In this document: one piece after another, positions 61,301 to 64,000 of the stretch
How positions within the stretch are numbered: position 1 is the first letter of the stretch
Layout of the letters: each line of letters opens with the position of its first letter
DNA from: Candidatus Spongiisociaceae bacterium
GTDB lineage: Bacteria > Actinomycetota > Acidimicrobiia > Spongiisociales > Spongiisociaceae
DNA: 64,000 nt
Reading direction: 5' to 3'
NCBI GenBank assembly: GCA_965219685.1
Contig: CBDCOH010000002.1
Coordinates: 4,160,001 to 4,224,000, forward strand
Notes under the pieces: generated by a model
Seen by the model: only the letters and a program-made list of their open reading frames with translations
What the model was told of the DNA's origin: nothing
The model's database searches: none
Made by a program: the position numbers and the translations under genes

Positions 61301-64000
61301 GAGGGCGGGTAACGGGTCGCTCGAGGTGTCGTGGACCGCGCCGACGGACACCGGAGACTACGCCTCTTCGTTCCTGGCCTATGTGGTGCAGTACCGCAAG
61401 GGCAGCAGCGGAAGCTTCACGACGTACGCTTCGGACGAGACGGGTACGTCGGTGACGATCACCGGCCTCGACAACGGTGACGAGTACCAGGTGCAGGTGG
61501 CCACCAAGAACCCGGCCGGGACCAGCGGCTACGTCACTGCCACGGAAACGCCGGTAGGGACTGCCCCGGATGCGCCGACGATCGACACCGTGAGGGCGGG
61601 TAACGGGTCGCTCGAGGTGTCGTGGACCGCGCCGACGGACACCGGAGACTACGCCTCTTCGTTCCTGGCCTATGTGGTGCAGTACCGCAAGGGCAGCAGC
61701 GGAAGCTTCACGACGTACGCTTCGGACGAGACGGGTACGTCGGTGACGATCACCGGCCTCGACAACGGTGACGAGTACCAGGTGCAGGTGGCCACCAAGA
61801 ACCCGGCCGGGACCAGCGGCTTCGACACCGCCACGGGAACGCCGGTGGGGACCATGCCGGGCAAGCCGGGCAGCCTCTCGGCACAGGCCCGCAACGCTGC
61901 ACTGCTGGTGTCATGGGCGGCTCCGTCGAACCTCGGCGGGTATGACGCCTCCTTCCTGACCTATTCGGTCCAGTACCGGGAAGGCAGCAGCGGGAGCTTC
62001 ACGACGTTCGCTTCGGACGAGACGGGTACGTCGGTGACGATCACCGGTCTGGACAACGGTACGGAGTACGAGGTGCAGGTCGAGGCGAAGAACCCGGCCG
62101 GGTCCAGCGGTTACACCACGCCGGTGAAGGGAACGCCGGTGGGTACCGAGCCCAGCGCGGTACGCAACCCTGCGGTGACCAGTGACGGCGACGGCGAGCT
62201 GGACGTGTCATGGGATGCGCCCGACGACCACGGCGGGTACTCCACGCTGACCTACGTGGTCGAGCGCCGGAAGGCCGCCGGCAACCGAAGCTGGTCGGAT
62301 GCCGGCGTGACCATCTCAGGGACGACTGCCACGATCACCGGCCTCGACGTCGGCGAGGAGTACGACGTGCAGGTCGCGGCAACCAACGGCGCCGGCACCG
62401 GTCCGTACGAGGAACTTTCCGGCACGCCGGAGGGATCGCTGCCGGGAGCGCCGGGCAACCTGATGGTCACGGCCGGAAGCAGGCAGCTCAGCCTGTCGTG
62501 GGATGCGGCGGACGACGGCGGGTACGACTCGGTGAGCTATGTAGTCGAGTACCGAACCGGCACCGACGAGTGGTCCGTGTTCGCCGAGTCGAACAGCACC
62601 GACACCGCGGCAGTGATCACCGGTCTGGTCAACGGCACGTCCTACGACGTCCGGGTCGCGGCAACCAACGTCAGGGGCCGCGGGCCGGACACCGCTTCGA
62701 CGGGCACTCCGGTGGGAACGGTCCCGGGAGCCCCGAGACACGTTGCCGCACGCCCCGGCCACGAGTCGCTGGAGATCACCTGGAGCGTGCCCGCCAGCAC
62801 CGGCGGATACGGCGCGGCGACCCTGACCTACACCGTCGAGTTCAAGGAGAGCGGGAGCACCGACGACTGGTCGGACACCGGGGTGACCGTCACCGGCACG
62901 GCGGCGGAGATCACCGGCCTCACCAACGACACGGCATACCAGGTGCGGGTTGGTGCCTCCAACGCGGCCGGCACCGGCACCCAGTACGGCACCGTGACCG
63001 CAACCCCGGCCAAGAGCTTCAAGCCGCGCGACGTGGTTGTGACCGGCGGCGGCAGAAGCTTGGTCGTCACCTGGTCGGCGCCCGCCGCGCCCGCCGGCGA
63101 GATCACCACCTACGACATCCGGTACCGGCAGGACGGCACCGACACATGGACGACCGTGTCGTCGGTCACCTCCCCCCACACCATCTCCTCTCTGATGGCG
63201 AACACCAGCTACGACGTGCAGGTGGGCACCAACGACACGTCAGCCAACCCGACCGTCTGGTCGGACACCGTCACCAGGTCGACCCGTGCGGCGCCGGGCC
63301 GGCCCTGGGGGCTGAAGAGCCAGGCCCAGTTGACCGAGACCAAGCTCCACATCCGCTGGAGCATCCCGACCAGCGGGGTGATAACCGGATACAAGATCCA
63401 ATGGAGACGAGACGGCGATGACTGGGATCCCTCCAGGCGGCAGACGACGAAGCGTTACCCGACGAGTCCCGCCAACGTTCTGGATGCCGAGATCAATGTC
63501 GGCAGCGCGAAGGACAACGACGGCGACGGCACCGAGTGGCAGATCCGAATCATGGCCTACAACAACGGCGGCGACAGCGAGCCGATCGAGATCGACTACA
63601 CCCAGCTCCACACGGTTGCCGAATACAACGCGTGGGCCGAGGACAACATCATCGAACCGCTCGAGGAGGACTGGCCGTGGCTGCGCGCCGTGTGGGACTT
63701 CCTCGACTCACGGCCGGGCGCCAACCTCAAGGTCGCGAACACATCGAGCTACCAGGGCCGCACCAGGCTCAACCTGATCAGAGATCCGAGAGCCGCCAAC
63801 GACAACCTGCCCGTATCCACGCTCACGGACGTGTCCATGAGGAAGGCCTTGAGGCGGGAGGATCCGGAGCACCTGTCCGCGTTCATCCATGAACTGGCCC
63901 ATGTGTACGCCCAGACAACCGACATCGCCGACTGGATCGACGATGTCGCGCTCATCGGCATGGTCTACCTGTACGTGAACGAGGAGTACGAGAACTCGCC
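58368..64000 (+). CDS. SLH + Gly linker + about 15 FN3 repeats + HEXXH-containing domain (3' truncated by window; absent from ORF track)
   Basis: Start and end translated by hand and found in the same frame: MGKQRR…LLVVLLGAAVLAAAAQ, SLH (VTRAQMAAFLARA), repeated SVSW…YxVQYR…VTITGLDNGxEYxVQVxAxNP, and FIHELAHVY at 63882-63908. Confidence 0.88.
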   Translation, partial: MGKQRRVRLAANKEREALNGAEQEGISSGAVPVPRLGYGYVLPSLLVVLLGAAVLAAAAQEATPFPDVPPDAYYAEPVSTLAAVGVFVGTECDEGFCPEEDIDRVTVAVWAVRVLDGADPPRVASTRFGDVAGTHPFAAFVERLAVLGVTQGCGDGSDFCPDRTVTRAQMAAFLARAFGLAAGPDPGFSDVPSGAWYAASVARLAASGITKGCGDGTMFCPDRAVTRAQMATFLARALEFANERSGGGEGSGGGGSGGGGGGGSGGGGGGGGSTLSQRQVQAPGAPQSVVMAVRGDTTLEVLWDSPHSDGGDSNLSYVVQRRPGALGIWSSTRVTVTPSESGTGHRAEMEGLVNGVTYQIRVAARNSGGTGSFVVVEGQPVGTRAPGDPTSLSVRAGRNQLSVSWRAPSDRGGYASVTYEVQYRVADTGGWTTFATDETGTSVTITGLDNGVEYQVRVAARNPVLSSRYVEGTGTPTGSGPSVPRFVSVTAEFERLSVSWQEPEDPGGYDLSLLSYSVLYRESGGGAWTTFASDETGISVTITGLDNGVEYQVQVAARNPAGSSGSITRAGTPVGNLPGAPTIDTVTAGNRSLEVEWSAPSNTGGYADSFLTYSVQYRKGSSGSFTTFASGVTGTSVTITGLDNGDEYEVQVEAVNPAGASGYTTSARGTPVGIAPGKPGSVSLIAGNGSLRVDWQKPSTGGYADSFLTYSVQYRKGSSGSFTTFASGVTGTSVTITGLDNGDEYEVQVEAVNPAGASGYTTSARGTPVGTKPEAPTGVSVTAGRNQMSVSWTAPSVTGGYNASDLTYSVQYRKGSTGGWTTFASAETATSVTITGLDNGYEYQVQIAARNPGNFVSTYSDPESATPVGDAPDKPTNVSVTVGKNRLSVSWNAPSGTGGYASSFLTYTVEFREGSTGQWSTDGVNVSGRSATITGLDNGVEYEVQVEAVNPAGGSGFTDPQSGTPRGDRPGTPTIDGVRAGNGSLEVSWTAPTDTGDYASSFLAYVVQYRKGSSGSFTTYASDETGTSVTITGLDNGDEYQVQVATKNPAGTSGYVTATETPVGTAPDAPTIDTVRAGNGSLEVSWTAPTDTGDYASSFLAYVVQYRKGSSGSFTTYASDETGTSVTITGLDNGDEYQVQVATKNPAGTSGFDTATGTPVGTMPGKPGSLSAQARNAALLVSWAAPSNLGGYDASFLTYSVQYREGSSGSFTTFASDETGTSVTITGLDNGTEYEVQVEAKNPAGSSGYTTPVKGTPVGTEPSAVRNPAVTSDGDGELDVSWDAPDDHGGYSTLTYVVERRKAAGNRSWSDAGVTISGTTATITGLDVGEEYDVQVAATNGAGTGPYEELSGTPEGSLPGAPGNLMVTAGSRQLSLSWDAADDGGYDSVSYVVEYRTGTDEWSVFAESNSTDTAAVITGLVNGTSYDVRVAATNVRGRGPDTASTGTPVGTVPGAPRHVAARPGHESLEITWSVPASTGGYGAATLTYTVEFKESGSTDDWSDTGVTVTGTAAEITGLTNDTAYQVRVGASNAAGTGTQYGTVTATPAKSFKPRDVVVTGGGRSLVVTWSAPAAPAGEITTYDIRYRQDGTDTWTTVSSVTSPHTISSLMANTSYDVQVGTNDTSANPTVWSDTVTRSTRAAPGRPWGLKSQAQLTETKLHIRWSIPTSGVITGYKIQWRRDGDDWDPSRRQTTKRYPTSPANVLDAEINVGSAKDNDGDGTEWQIRIMAYNNGGDSEPIEIDYTQLHTVAEYNAWAEDNIIEPLEEDWPWLRAVWDFLDSRPGANLKVANTSSYQGRTRLNLIRDPRAANDNLPVSTLTDVSMRKALRREDPEHLSAFIHELAHVYAQTTDIADWIDDVALIGMVYLYVNEEYENS
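60187..61821 (+). repeat. Exact intragenic FN3-coding duplications with 291 bp period
   Basis: About 60187-60387 equals 60478-60678, and about 61299-61530 equals 61590-61821. Confidence 0.9.

Overview
High-GC actinobacterial DNA. Gene content suggests Acidimicrobiia, and the many SLH/FN3/cadherin surface proteins would fit a marine host-associated lineage; both points are inference. The window has two parts. (1) 1-29.9 kb is core chromosome: modC end, a glycine-betaine ABC system whose binding protein has two near-identical domains, rhodanese, a SAM-II-riboswitch-led homocysteine methyltransferase, purine salvage genes, rplY-pth, glpK/glpD/pgsA, mfd-PPIase-mazG-eno-ftsB-DUF501 and tRNA-Leu(UAA). 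Heptamer tandem repeats fill the intergenic gaps at 5.8-14.9 kb. (2) From about 30 kb is an accessory island with IS21, ISL3, IS3 and integrase relics, six large modular surface-protein genes (one absent from the ORF track, 58368 to the window end) and a single-chain sensor-kinase/receiver/OmpR-wHTH regulator. The most notable signal is eight copies of an AT-rich four-box element (hexamers at offsets 0/11/32/43, usually followed 10 nt later by a -10-like hexamer, i.e. PhoB/OmpR-type promoter geometry). Copies lie in front of the surface-protein transcription units and flank the regulator. This suggests an island-encoded regulon of shuffled surface-display cassettes. All alignments and identities were judged by eye.
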